The translations under genes were made by a program, and so were the position numbers. Below, one piece after another: positions 19,999-28,159 of a stretch of 64,000 nt of DNA; position 1 is the stretch's first letter; each line of letters starts with the position of its first letter. Source of the stretch: Armatimonadota bacterium (GTDB lineage: Bacteria > Armatimonadota > UBA10988). The notes under the pieces are model-generated. The model saw only the letters and a list, made by a program, of their open reading frames with translations. It was not told where the DNA came from and ran no database searches. The stretch covers positions 28,452-92,451 of the forward strand of contig JACRKZ010000051.1 in NCBI GenBank assembly GCA_016235455.1, written 5' to 3'.

Positions 19999-22900
19999 CT
20001 ACCACCGATAGTACCGGTACGGGTCGTCGCCCAGCGCCTGCCCCTCCACGTAGTCGGGATGGTAGAAGCCGGTGGGGTCCAGCACCGCGGGTCGTGTGCC
20101 GGGGTCTGGCACGACGGTGAAGGACGGCGCCGCCATCCACAGGGTCACCGCCTGGCCGGCCAGTTCCTGCAGCGTGAAGCGCGTCTTGGCGTCGGCCTGC
20201 CCGGCGCGGAAGGTCAGCTTGACGTGCTTCCACTGCGGGCCGAGCGTGGTGCGCTCGAACAGCCCGGCGCTGCCCCACGGGTCGTGGTCTTTCTCGATGG
20301 CGCAGGTGACACCCGCCGGCGCGCTGGCCCGCAGCCAGGCCGACCAGACGTAGGCCACGCCGGCCTGCAGCCCGAAGCCGGGATGACCCAGTTGGACGTG
20401 CCAGCCTGTGTCGCTGGTCTTGGTGATGTCGATGCGCAGCGACTTCTGGCCGAGCAACTCAGGCGGCACGTCGTCGCTGACCGCCATGGTGGCGGCCGCG
20501 GTGCCCTGGACGCCCAAGGACCAGCCCTGGGTGCCTTCGGCGAAGGTCGTGTTGGTCAGGATCTCTCCCTCGGGCAAGACCGCGGGAGTGACCGGGCCCA
20601 GCATCATGTCCTCGGCCCGGCAACTCCAGCCGCCGCCGCCGAACTCGTCGAAGACGCGGATGGCGATGCTGTTGACGCCGGCCTTGACCAGCCTCGCGGG
20701 GATGGTGTAGGTGCGAGGCACGTTCCAGCCACTGGCCGCACCGACCTTGACGCCGTTGAACCAGGTCACGTCGCGGTCGTCCACGGGGCCGAGCTTGAGC
20801 AGCAACTCGCGGCCCAGCCACGCCTCGGGTACGGTCACTTCGCGGCGCACCCAGAACGAGCCGTCGGCCTCGCCCACGCCCGGCGCGGTCTCCCACATGG
20901 CCGGCAGCGTGAACGTCGACCAGCCGGTCAGGTCGAGCTTCTCGGCTGACCAGCCCGTGGTGGCGGCGTCCTGCCCGGGATCCTCGGTGCGCCGGTCGAC
21001 GCTGCTGGCCGCCGGCAGCTTGCGCTCCACCCGGAAGCGCCAGGCACCCGCCAGGCCAATGGGCCGTGCGGTGGCGTTCCAGCCGGGCGACAGGCTGCGC
21101 GCGTCCATGGCGAACTCCGCGCCCAGGTTGGCCAGGAGCTGGGTCAGCGCGCGCGTCAGGCGCCAGCGGCTGTAGCGCAGATAGGTCTTCTCGCCGGCCG
21201 GCAGCATGTCGGGCGTGAGCTGCAGCGCGAGCACGCGCCCGTCGTGCGCCCGGCCCAGCAGACCGCCGGCTGTCGGCGCGACACCGCCTCCGGCCAGCAG
21301 GGGTCGCAGCGGCTGGTCGGCGCGCAGCCGGAGGTCGGAGCGCGACAAACCGCGCAACTCGGGCCAGTCGGGCAGCTCGCCGGCGTCGTGGTAGGCTGCC
21401 GTCTGGCCCATGGTGCCCAACAACGCGTTCGCGCGCGGCAGCAGCAGCACCCGTCCGCCTGCCGCCGCGAAGGCGGACAGGTCGGTCTCGGCCACCTTGG
21501 CGTCCGCGGCCACTACAGCAAGTGTCGAACGGTCCGCGGCGGGCAGGTTGTCGGCCGCCTCGAACCGCAGACCCAGGCCGCGCAGAAGCTGGCGCCCGGG
21601 TGCCCCGCCGAGATAGACACAGCGCTTGACGCGCGGCTCGGGCTGGGCGCTGCGCGCATACTCGACGAGCCGCCGGGCCAGCCGCCGAGCCATGGGTTCG
21701 GCGCTGGTGCGCGCCTCGAGGTCGAGCGTGCAGAGCAGGGCCAGGCCCTCACCGTGCTGCAGTTCGAGCAACGGCGAGTAGGCCATGTCGAACTCGCCGT
21801 GGAGCAATGGACGCCACCCGGCCAGGTGCGGCTTCTCCACCGCGGCACTGGCGACGCTGCCGTAGTTGCCCCAGTGCCAGCCGAGCGCCGGGTCGGCGTT
21901 GGGCGACTCGTCCAATCCGCCCCAGGTGGTCGGCACGAGCGTGCCCGACCCGTTCCAGTCGCGCAGATCCTCGGCGTCCAGTCCGTCGACGATGGGATGT
22001 CGGCTCTGCGTGGGCACGGGCCAGAAGCGGCGCGACACGTGGCCCGCGGTGCGCAGTCCCAGTTGGTCGCGCAGGCAGGCCGGGGTCTGGCCCATGAGGA
22101 CCAGCCGGCCACCCGCGGCAACATGCTCCGCGGGCGAGCCCGGCAGCGCTGCCTCCAGGGCGCGCCGGCCAATGACCAGCACCTGGCCCGGTGCTGGCCG
22201 GCCAGTCCAGGCTCGCGTCTGGTAGCCGGCCTCGGCCAGCAGGCGAGTGGTCTCTCCACGAGGGTCATGGATCCAGATCGTGCCGCCCGGCCGCGGCGCG
22301 AACGGCGGGTAGACGCGGAAGGCCATGCGGTCGGTGTGCTTGGCCTCACCGATGGTGACGTCCAGCTCGATCTGGCCGTCGGTCACCGACGTGACGGCGG
22401 GCAGCTTGCCGCTCACGGGCTTGCGCAAGGTCGCGGCGGGGTCGATGCGGCCCGTCTCCTTCTGCTCGGCCTGGACCTTGCCCCCGACCGTGAGGCGCCA
22501 GTGCAGGCTGTAGGGCACGGCCTGGCGCAGGTCGTTGATCAGGATGGCCTGCTTGGCCACGGTCGCGCCGGATTCGTAGTGGTGGTCCTTGGCGGTGAAG
22601 CGCTCCGCCGAGCCGGCGATGTACGCCAGCGTGGTGTTGTTGTTGGCGATCAGCGCCTGGCCGGCCGGGGCGGCCGACCAGTTGCCCGCCGGCTGCAGGT
22701 AGTGCACATCGGCGAGGTTGGCGTTGGCCATCCACACGCCGCGCCCGTCGGGCCGCGGGGTGATCGGCGTCTGCGCCCAACGCTTGTCGTCCGGCAGGCT
22801 CCAGCCGTGGCCCATGTTCCACGGCACCATGCCCGCGGTCAGGCCCCAGGTGCGCCAACTGCGCCATGTGTTGCGGATGAACAGTTCCTCGACAGCCTGG

Positions 22901-24708
22901 AAGGCCGGCGCCTGCTCCAGGGCCGTGGCGCCGTGCCAGTTGCGCCAGCGGTCGGGGCCTTCGTAGTCGCTCACCAGGCGGGCGCGGTAGGCGGCCGGCT
23001 CGGTGTCATAGGCCCGCTCGCCCAGGTAGATGGCGCAGAACTCGGTCATCAACGGCTCGGAGACCACCGCCTCGCCGAAGCCGTTACGGCCGCGCATGAA
23101 AGTCGTGTGCAGCGGTGTGCCGAACTCGATGGGCAGGAACGGCATCTGCGCCTTGGTCACGTACTCGCTGAGCCACTCCTCGCGTTCCTGCAGCGGTATC
23201 AGGTCGAGGTAGTTGTTGCAGGTATGCACATCGCCCACATCGGCGCCGTGGTGCGTGAAGACCGGGCGCGTCGGGTCCTCGCGCTTGATGGCGGCCACGA
23301 CCTCGTCGCCGGCCTTGGCCAGGTCGCCACGCTGATACCAGCCGCGCCGACCGATGACCACCGGGTTCTGATCCTGCTGACGGCCGAACAGGTTGCCCGA
23401 CGTAGCCCACATGACGATGGACGGATGGTTGCGCAGCCGCCCCAGTTGTTGCGTCAGGAGCGCGTTGTAGCGCTCCTTCTGGCCCGGTCGCGACCAGGCG
23501 AATCCGCTGTCGTAGATGAGCGGACCCGCCGCGGGAGCAGCGCCCGCCAGCAGGAGTCCCTTGCGGTCGGCTGCCTCGGCCCACAGGTAGCGCAGGTAGA
23601 CCGTGCCGCGCGCGTTCTCGTCGCCGGGCCAGGCTTCGGCCAGGTTGAACCCGGCGGCGCGATAGCCGTCGAGCGTGTTGTCGATGGCCTGGGGCACCCA
23701 GGCACAGTAGTTCCATTCGTCGCGCGCGGTCACCGGGCGGAGGCGAATCTCGCGCTCGTTGAGCAGGAAGCGCAACCGGTCGATTCTGAACTCGCGGAAG
23801 CCGATCGTCTCGGTCACCTCATCGCGCCAGCCGGGCGCCTCGACGGCGAGCATCAGGCGGTAGAGATTGGGTTGGTCGATGTCCCACAACCGCGGGTCGG
23901 GCCAGGGCCAGGCCAGATCGACGCGTGTCTGGCCAGCGTTGAGCGGGGCGCTGGCGGTGAACGTCTTCTCGGCTCGGCCGTCCGGCCCCAGCAGTCGCGC
24001 GGTGAACCGGGCGGCGCCGGCTTGGCTCACGCCCGCCAGACCGAGCCGGACTGACAGGCGATGCTCGCGCACGGAGGTGGCGATCGTCAGTCCATCGGCG
24101 TGGGCGCCCGCTGGCCTGCTGTGCAACAACGCCTCGCCGACGATGCCGCGCGCGTCGACATTGCCGGGCAGGCGCCAACTGGGCTGGTCACCGGCCAGGG
24201 CCGCGGCTACATTCTGGGCCTGGGGTGCCGCGACGACCAGGATCCGCAGCAGGTTGTCCTGGCCGAACCGCACCGCGGGCGTGATGTCGACCGTACCGCT
24301 GGGCCAGTTGATCAGGCCGCAATCGGTGCCGTTGCAGTAGACGCGGGCATCGGTGCTGACGCGGGTCAACTCGAGGACGATCGCGCGGCCCTGCCAGGAG
24401 GCCGGCACGTTCACCTGGCGTTCGTACCAGGCGCGGCTGGCTTGCGCCACGGGGACCGCGTCCCAGGGCGCCGCTTGGCTGGTCTTGGCCAAGCCAGGCA
24501 GGCACTGAGTGCCCGACCACGAGCCCGGCACCAGCGCCTCGCCCCAGTCGCCGCTCGGAGCGCCGGCCGCCGGGCCCACGGCCGGCTGGAAGCGCCAGGC
24601 GCCGTTCAGACACACAGTGCCGCGTGAGCTCGATGTCTCGACGGGCTGAAGTTGGGCCAACGCGGGGCACAGGGCGAGGACGAGCGCAAACAGGGGCACG
24701 CGGGTCAT
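19999..24708 (-). CDS. Secreted GH2-like glycoside hydrolase with extra sugar-binding and CBM4/9-like domains
   Basis: Start MTRVPLFALVL with SD GGAGG; 'LNGAWRF', 'PRLWDIDQPNLY', 'IGFREF', 'NHPSIVMW', 'LGPVDDRDVTWFNGVKVG', 'WHVQL'. Confidence 0.8.
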   Translation of the reverse strand: MTRVPLFALVLALCPALAQLQPVETSSSRGTVCLNGAWRFQPAVGPAAGAPSGDWGEALVPGSWSGTQCLPGLAKTSQAAPWDAVPVAQASRAWYERQVNVPASWQGRAIVLELTRVSTDARVYCNGTDCGLINWPSGTVDITPAVRFGQDNLLRILVVAAPQAQNVAAALAGDQPSWRLPGNVDARGIVGEALLHSRPAGAHADGLTIATSVREHRLSVRLGLAGVSQAGAARFTARLLGPDGRAEKTFTASAPLNAGQTRVDLAWPWPDPRLWDIDQPNLYRLMLAVEAPGWRDEVTETIGFREFRIDRLRFLLNEREIRLRPVTARDEWNYCAWVPQAIDNTLDGYRAAGFNLAEAWPGDENARGTVYLRYLWAEAADRKGLLLAGAAPAAGPLIYDSGFAWSRPGQKERYNALLTQQLGRLRNHPSIVMWATSGNLFGRQQDQNPVVIGRRGWYQRGDLAKAGDEVVAAIKREDPTRPVFTHHGADVGDVHTCNNYLDLIPLQEREEWLSEYVTKAQMPFLPIEFGTPLHTTFMRGRNGFGEAVVSEPLMTEFCAIYLGERAYDTEPAAYRARLVSDYEGPDRWRNWHGATALEQAPAFQAVEELFIRNTWRSWRTWGLTAGMVPWNMGHGWSLPDDKRWAQTPITPRPDGRGVWMANANLADVHYLQPAGNWSAAPAGQALIANNNTTLAYIAGSAERFTAKDHHYESGATVAKQAILINDLRQAVPYSLHWRLTVGGKVQAEQKETGRIDPAATLRKPVSGKLPAVTSVTDGQIELDVTIGEAKHTDRMAFRVYPPFAPRPGGTIWIHDPRGETTRLLAEAGYQTRAWTGRPAPGQVLVIGRRALEAALPGSPAEHVAAGGRLVLMGQTPACLRDQLGLRTAGHVSRRFWPVPTQSRHPIVDGLDAEDLRDWNGSGTLVPTTWGGLDESPNADPALGWHWGNYGSVASAAVEKPHLAGWRPLLHGEFDMAYSPLLELQHGEGLALLCTLDLEARTSAEPMARRLARRLVEYARSAQPEPRVKRCVYLGGAPGRQLLRGLGLRFEAADNLPAADRSTLAVVAADAKVAETDLSAFAAAGGRVLLLPRANALLGTMGQTAAYHDAGELPDWPELRGLSRSDLRLRADQPLRPLLAGGGVAPTAGGLLGRAHDGRVLALQLTPDMLPAGEKTYLRYSRWRLTRALTQLLANLGAEFAMDARSLSPGWNATARPIGLAGAWRFRVERKLPAASSVDRRTEDPGQDAATTGWSAEKLDLTGWSTFTLPAMWETAPGVGEADGSFWVRREVTVPEAWLGRELLLKLGPVDDRDVTWFNGVKVGAASGWNVPRTYTIPARLVKAGVNSIAIRVFDEFGGGGWSCRAEDMMLGPVTPAVLPEGEILTNTTFAEGTQGWSLGVQGTAAATMAVSDDVPPELLGQKSLRIDITKTSDTGWHVQLGHPGFGLQAGVAYVWSAWLRASAPAGVTCAIEKDHDPWGSAGLFERTTLGPQWKHVKLTFRAGQADAKTRFTLQELAGQAVTLWMAAPSFTVVPDPGTRPAVLDPTGFYHPDYVEGQALGDDPYRYYRW

Positions 24709-24743
24709 GCTGGACCTCCGGCGTGCTATTTCCGCCGCGTGTC

Positions 24744-26432
24744 TCATTTTCCTCCGGCCGCGACCGGTGCGCCCAGCAGGGCCAGGTAGCGTGGTGTCGG
24801 CGCGGCGCCCGCGGCCAGTCGCGCGGCCCAGCCATCGTCCGACAGCGGCTGGCCGACCGGCTCGACGAACTCGTAGTAGCTGCCGACATAGCCGACCGCC
24901 GCCGCCGGCGGATACTCGGGCAGGTCGAACTGCTCGACGATGGGGTACAGCCAGCCGCTGGCCACGTGGAACACGCCGCCCTGATCCTTGCCGAGCCTCG
25001 CCGTGACCATCGGCCGCTCCAAGGGCACATTGAAGAGGGCGCCGAAGCGCTCCCACTCGTCGGCGTGCTCGGGCGCCAAGCCGGCGAGTTCCCGCCGCGC
25101 ATCATCCGCGGCGTGGTCGGCCTTCCGCACCAGATCGGCCAGCCAGACCCGGCTCTCCTCGGTCAGCGCGTCCAGGCGCTTGAGCTCGGCGACGTAGCCG
25201 CCGACCATCTGCGCGAAGCGGTTCCAGAACGCGGGCAGCGGCTCGACGAACCCGTGCGGAATCTCGCGCCGGCCTGGGGCACTGGGCGGGAAGTCCAGTT
25301 CGCGGCTGTAGAGCTGGCTGTTGTGCCGCATCTGAGCCCAACTGGTCAGCGCGCAGTTGAGGGTCTTGGCGCGCCAGGCCGGCGAGCGCATGAAGCGCGG
25401 GGCAGCCGGGTACTGCTCGCCCAGCGCCGCCAGCGTGGCCAGCCACCGCTCCGGCAGGCACGCGTCGCGCGGCGCGAAGGTCGCGGCACCGTCGGTCAAG
25501 CCGAGCATCTGTGCCACATGTTCGCCGCTCGGTCGGTCCAGCTCCGAGGTCACCGCCTGTAGCCGCACCGTATCGGACGACACGTGCTCGGGCAGAATGG
25601 CCAGGGCACGGGTGCTGGTGGGGCGGTCGGTGGGGTAGCGGGCGCTCACTCGCGCGCAGTCAGCGTCCGACAGGTGGGCCGGATCCAGGCCGTCCTGCCG
25701 CAGCGCGGCGTCGAGTTCGTCCAGGCCGATCTCGACGGTCTGGCCAAACAGCCGGCCGCGCGCCTGACGCAGCGCCAGGTACCCGCGGCGAGCTGCTTCG
25801 TCGCGCAGCAGGCCGGCCCACCAGGCCGCCCGGCGCACGGTGGCAGCGGTGGCGCCGCGTCCGGCCAGTGGCAGGCGGTAGCGGCCCAGCCACCGCGTCA
25901 GACGCGCGTAGTCGTGCAGGTCGGGCGTGTCGTAGGCGGCGGGCAGCGGCTCGGTAACCAGGGCCGCGTCGGCGGCAGCCACGACGGCATCGCCGGCGCG
26001 CACGAGTTCGGGTGGCAGTGGGACGTCGAGCCGGGCCAGGCGCACGGCCCCGGCCAGCGAGGCCAGCTCCTCGGGCGGCGCCTGGGCGGCTTGCTTGGCG
26101 TGCGCCGCCCACAGTGCCTGCACCAAGCCGGTGGTCAGCGGCGCCAGGACCTTGCGCTCGGCCTGGGCCAGGCTGGCGCGCTGCACGCTCCACCACAGGC
26201 AGAGCATGGCGTCGCTTGTCACCAGCACCGGCACCTCGTTGCCCCGACGAGGGTAAGCGCTCATCAGGTCGCCGCGCTGGCCGGCGGGCAGGATGGCGAA
26301 TCCGTCTCGCTCCAGGGCCGCGGCCAGCCCCGTCGCCGCCGCGCCGAAGCGTTGGGTCACCTGGTCCAGGTTGGCCGGCGGCGCGCCCAGGCCCAGCGCC
26401 AGGCTGAGCAACACGGCATGGATGGCAGGCAC
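24744..26432 (-). CDS. Secreted stand-alone DUF3160 protein
   Basis: Signal peptide; 'LVTSDAML', 'FMRSPAWRAKTLNCALTSWAQMRH', 'GFVEPLPAFW', 'GYVGSYYEF'. Confidence 0.8.
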   Translation of the reverse strand: MPAIHAVLLSLALGLGAPPANLDQVTQRFGAAATGLAAALERDGFAILPAGQRGDLMSAYPRRGNEVPVLVTSDAMLCLWWSVQRASLAQAERKVLAPLTTGLVQALWAAHAKQAAQAPPEELASLAGAVRLARLDVPLPPELVRAGDAVVAAADAALVTEPLPAAYDTPDLHDYARLTRWLGRYRLPLAGRGATAATVRRAAWWAGLLRDEAARRGYLALRQARGRLFGQTVEIGLDELDAALRQDGLDPAHLSDADCARVSARYPTDRPTSTRALAILPEHVSSDTVRLQAVTSELDRPSGEHVAQMLGLTDGAATFAPRDACLPERWLATLAALGEQYPAAPRFMRSPAWRAKTLNCALTSWAQMRHNSQLYSRELDFPPSAPGRREIPHGFVEPLPAFWNRFAQMVGGYVAELKRLDALTEESRVWLADLVRKADHAADDARRELAGLAPEHADEWERFGALFNVPLERPMVTARLGKDQGGVFHVASGWLYPIVEQFDLPEYPPAAAVGYVGSYYEFVEPVGQPLSDDGWAARLAAGAAPTPRYLALLGAPVAAGGK

Positions 26433-26454
26433 AGATTCCCCCCTGCGCAGCCCG

Positions 26455-27162
26455 CTACGCGCTCTCGCGCGGACCCGCCACCAGCTTGTACCCGACGCCG
26501 GGAATGGTCAGGATATGCTGCGGACTGCTCGGCTCGGTTTCCACCTTGAGGCGCAGGCGCCGGATATGCACATCCAGCGTGCGGCTGTCGAGGTAGAGGC
26601 TCTCGCCCCACACCTTCTCGAGCAGTTGGTCGCGCTCCATGACGCGGCCGGCGTTGGCGGCCAGCACGACCAGCAGGTCGAACTCCTTGGGCGTGAGCCG
26701 GATGGAGCGGCCGCTGACGACCACGTCGCGCGCGGCCTCGTCGATGGTCAGCGGACCGACCTTGATCGGGCCCTCCGCCACGTCGCCGTGCTCATAGAGG
26801 TTGGTGCGGCGCAAATGCGCGCGGATGCGGGCCAGCAGTTCGCGCGGCATGAACGGCTTGGTGACGTAGTCGTCGGCGCCCATCTCGAGGCCGAGTACCT
26901 TGTCCAGTTCATCGGCCTTGGCCGTGAGCATGATGATCGGCGTGTAGATGCGCGCGCGCAGTTGCTGGCACACCTGCAGGCCGCTGAGGCCGGGCAGCAT
27001 GACGTCCAGCAGGATGATGTCGGGGTGCTCGGTGGTGGCGAGTTGCACCCCTTCGGCGCCGTCGGCCGTGGCCACGACACTGTAGCCCTCGGCCGACAAC
27101 AGCGCGATCAGGCTCCGCTGAATCGCGGGATCGTCCTCAACCACCAAAACCTTCTCGGCCAT
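26455..27162 (-). CDS. OmpR/PhoB-family response regulator
   Basis: Receiver 'VLVVEDD', 'LLDVMLP', 'GADDYVTKPF'; winged helix 'RTLDVHIRRLRLK', 'TIPGVGY'. Alternative GTG start at 27168. Confidence 0.95.
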   Translation of the reverse strand: MAEKVLVVEDDPAIQRSLIALLSAEGYSVVATADGAEGVQLATTEHPDIILLDVMLPGLSGLQVCQQLRARIYTPIIMLTAKADELDKVLGLEMGADDYVTKPFMPRELLARIRAHLRRTNLYEHGDVAEGPIKVGPLTIDEAARDVVVSGRSIRLTPKEFDLLVVLAANAGRVMERDQLLEKVWGESLYLDSRTLDVHIRRLRLKVETEPSSPQHILTIPGVGYKLVAGPRESA

Positions 27163-27173
27163 CGTCACACCTT

Positions 27174-28130
27174 TCAGTCGCTCACTGCCTCAAGCCATCG
27201 GGCCACTTGCGCCTGAACGCGCAGGTTCGCCAGCCCCAAGGCTACTGGCAAGGGTGACTCATCGGCGCCGGATTGTACCGCGGCGACGAATCCACACAGG
27301 GATTGTTCGACCCAATCGACGGACTCCTGCTCGACTCCTCCTCGGGACAGGTAGCTGCGGTAGCGCCCCGCGTCGTTGTTGCGGCCGGCATAGTCGACCA
27401 GCGCCTCATCGACACCGAAACGGCGGACCAGGTCACCGGTCAGGCGCTGGCCTACCTCGATGTTCGCCCCCACCAGCCCGTGCGGCGCACGAAGTTGGCA
27501 CTGCACGCGAGCGGTGCGCGGCGCGGTGCGCACGCTCACGCTGTCCGATTCCACCTCGGCGCCGGGCACCAGGGCCAGGGCCAGGCTGAGCGCGTGCGGG
27601 CCGAGTTCGGTCCACACCTCGGCCGGCGTGCGTTCGGCGCCCCGGCCGCGGCTTTCGAGCGTCACGCTGACCCGTGCCGGCGTGGGCTGCGGGCCGACCA
27701 TCGCGAAGTAGGGGGCCGCGGCGAGCGTGTATTGCAGATTGACCCCGCACAGCACGCCCCGTTCCTCGGTCAAGGCGGCGACCGCCTCTGCTTCCGCGAC
27801 CGCGGCGGCCAGGTCATCGCTCCAGGTCAGCGGCTTCTCGATGAGCGTGGGGATGCCGTGATCGATGAGCATCAAGGCGGGCGCGGCGTGGTGCTCCGCG
27901 GGCGTGCAGACGGTGGCCAGGTCGGGCGTCACGGCGGACAGCAGTTCCGGCAGCGATGCGAAGCCGGGCACCACCTGGCCCGACACGTCGGCCAGTTCGG
28001 CGGCGCGCTGCCCGAGGTGTGACGGGCTGGCGCAGACGAAGCCGACCAACTCGCAGCCGGCGGCGGACAGCCACTTGGCGTGTTGGCGGCCGATGCGGCC
28101 GGGGCCGACGATGACGGCGCTGAGTGCCAT
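27174..28130 (-). CDS. Gfo/Idh/MocA-family oxidoreductase
   Basis: 'IVGPGRIG' Rossmann motif, 'VCTPAEHH', 'LIEKPL'; SD GGAGG. Confidence 0.85.
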   Translation of the reverse strand: MALSAVIVGPGRIGRQHAKWLSAAGCELVGFVCASPSHLGQRAAELADVSGQVVPGFASLPELLSAVTPDLATVCTPAEHHAAPALMLIDHGIPTLIEKPLTWSDDLAAAVAEAEAVAALTEERGVLCGVNLQYTLAAAPYFAMVGPQPTPARVSVTLESRGRGAERTPAEVWTELGPHALSLALALVPGAEVESDSVSVRTAPRTARVQCQLRAPHGLVGANIEVGQRLTGDLVRRFGVDEALVDYAGRNNDAGRYRSYLSRGGVEQESVDWVEQSLCGFVAAVQSGADESPLPVALGLANLRVQAQVARWLEAVSD

Positions 28131-28159
28131 GGTCCCTCCTTCCTAACGTGCCGGTCTGC

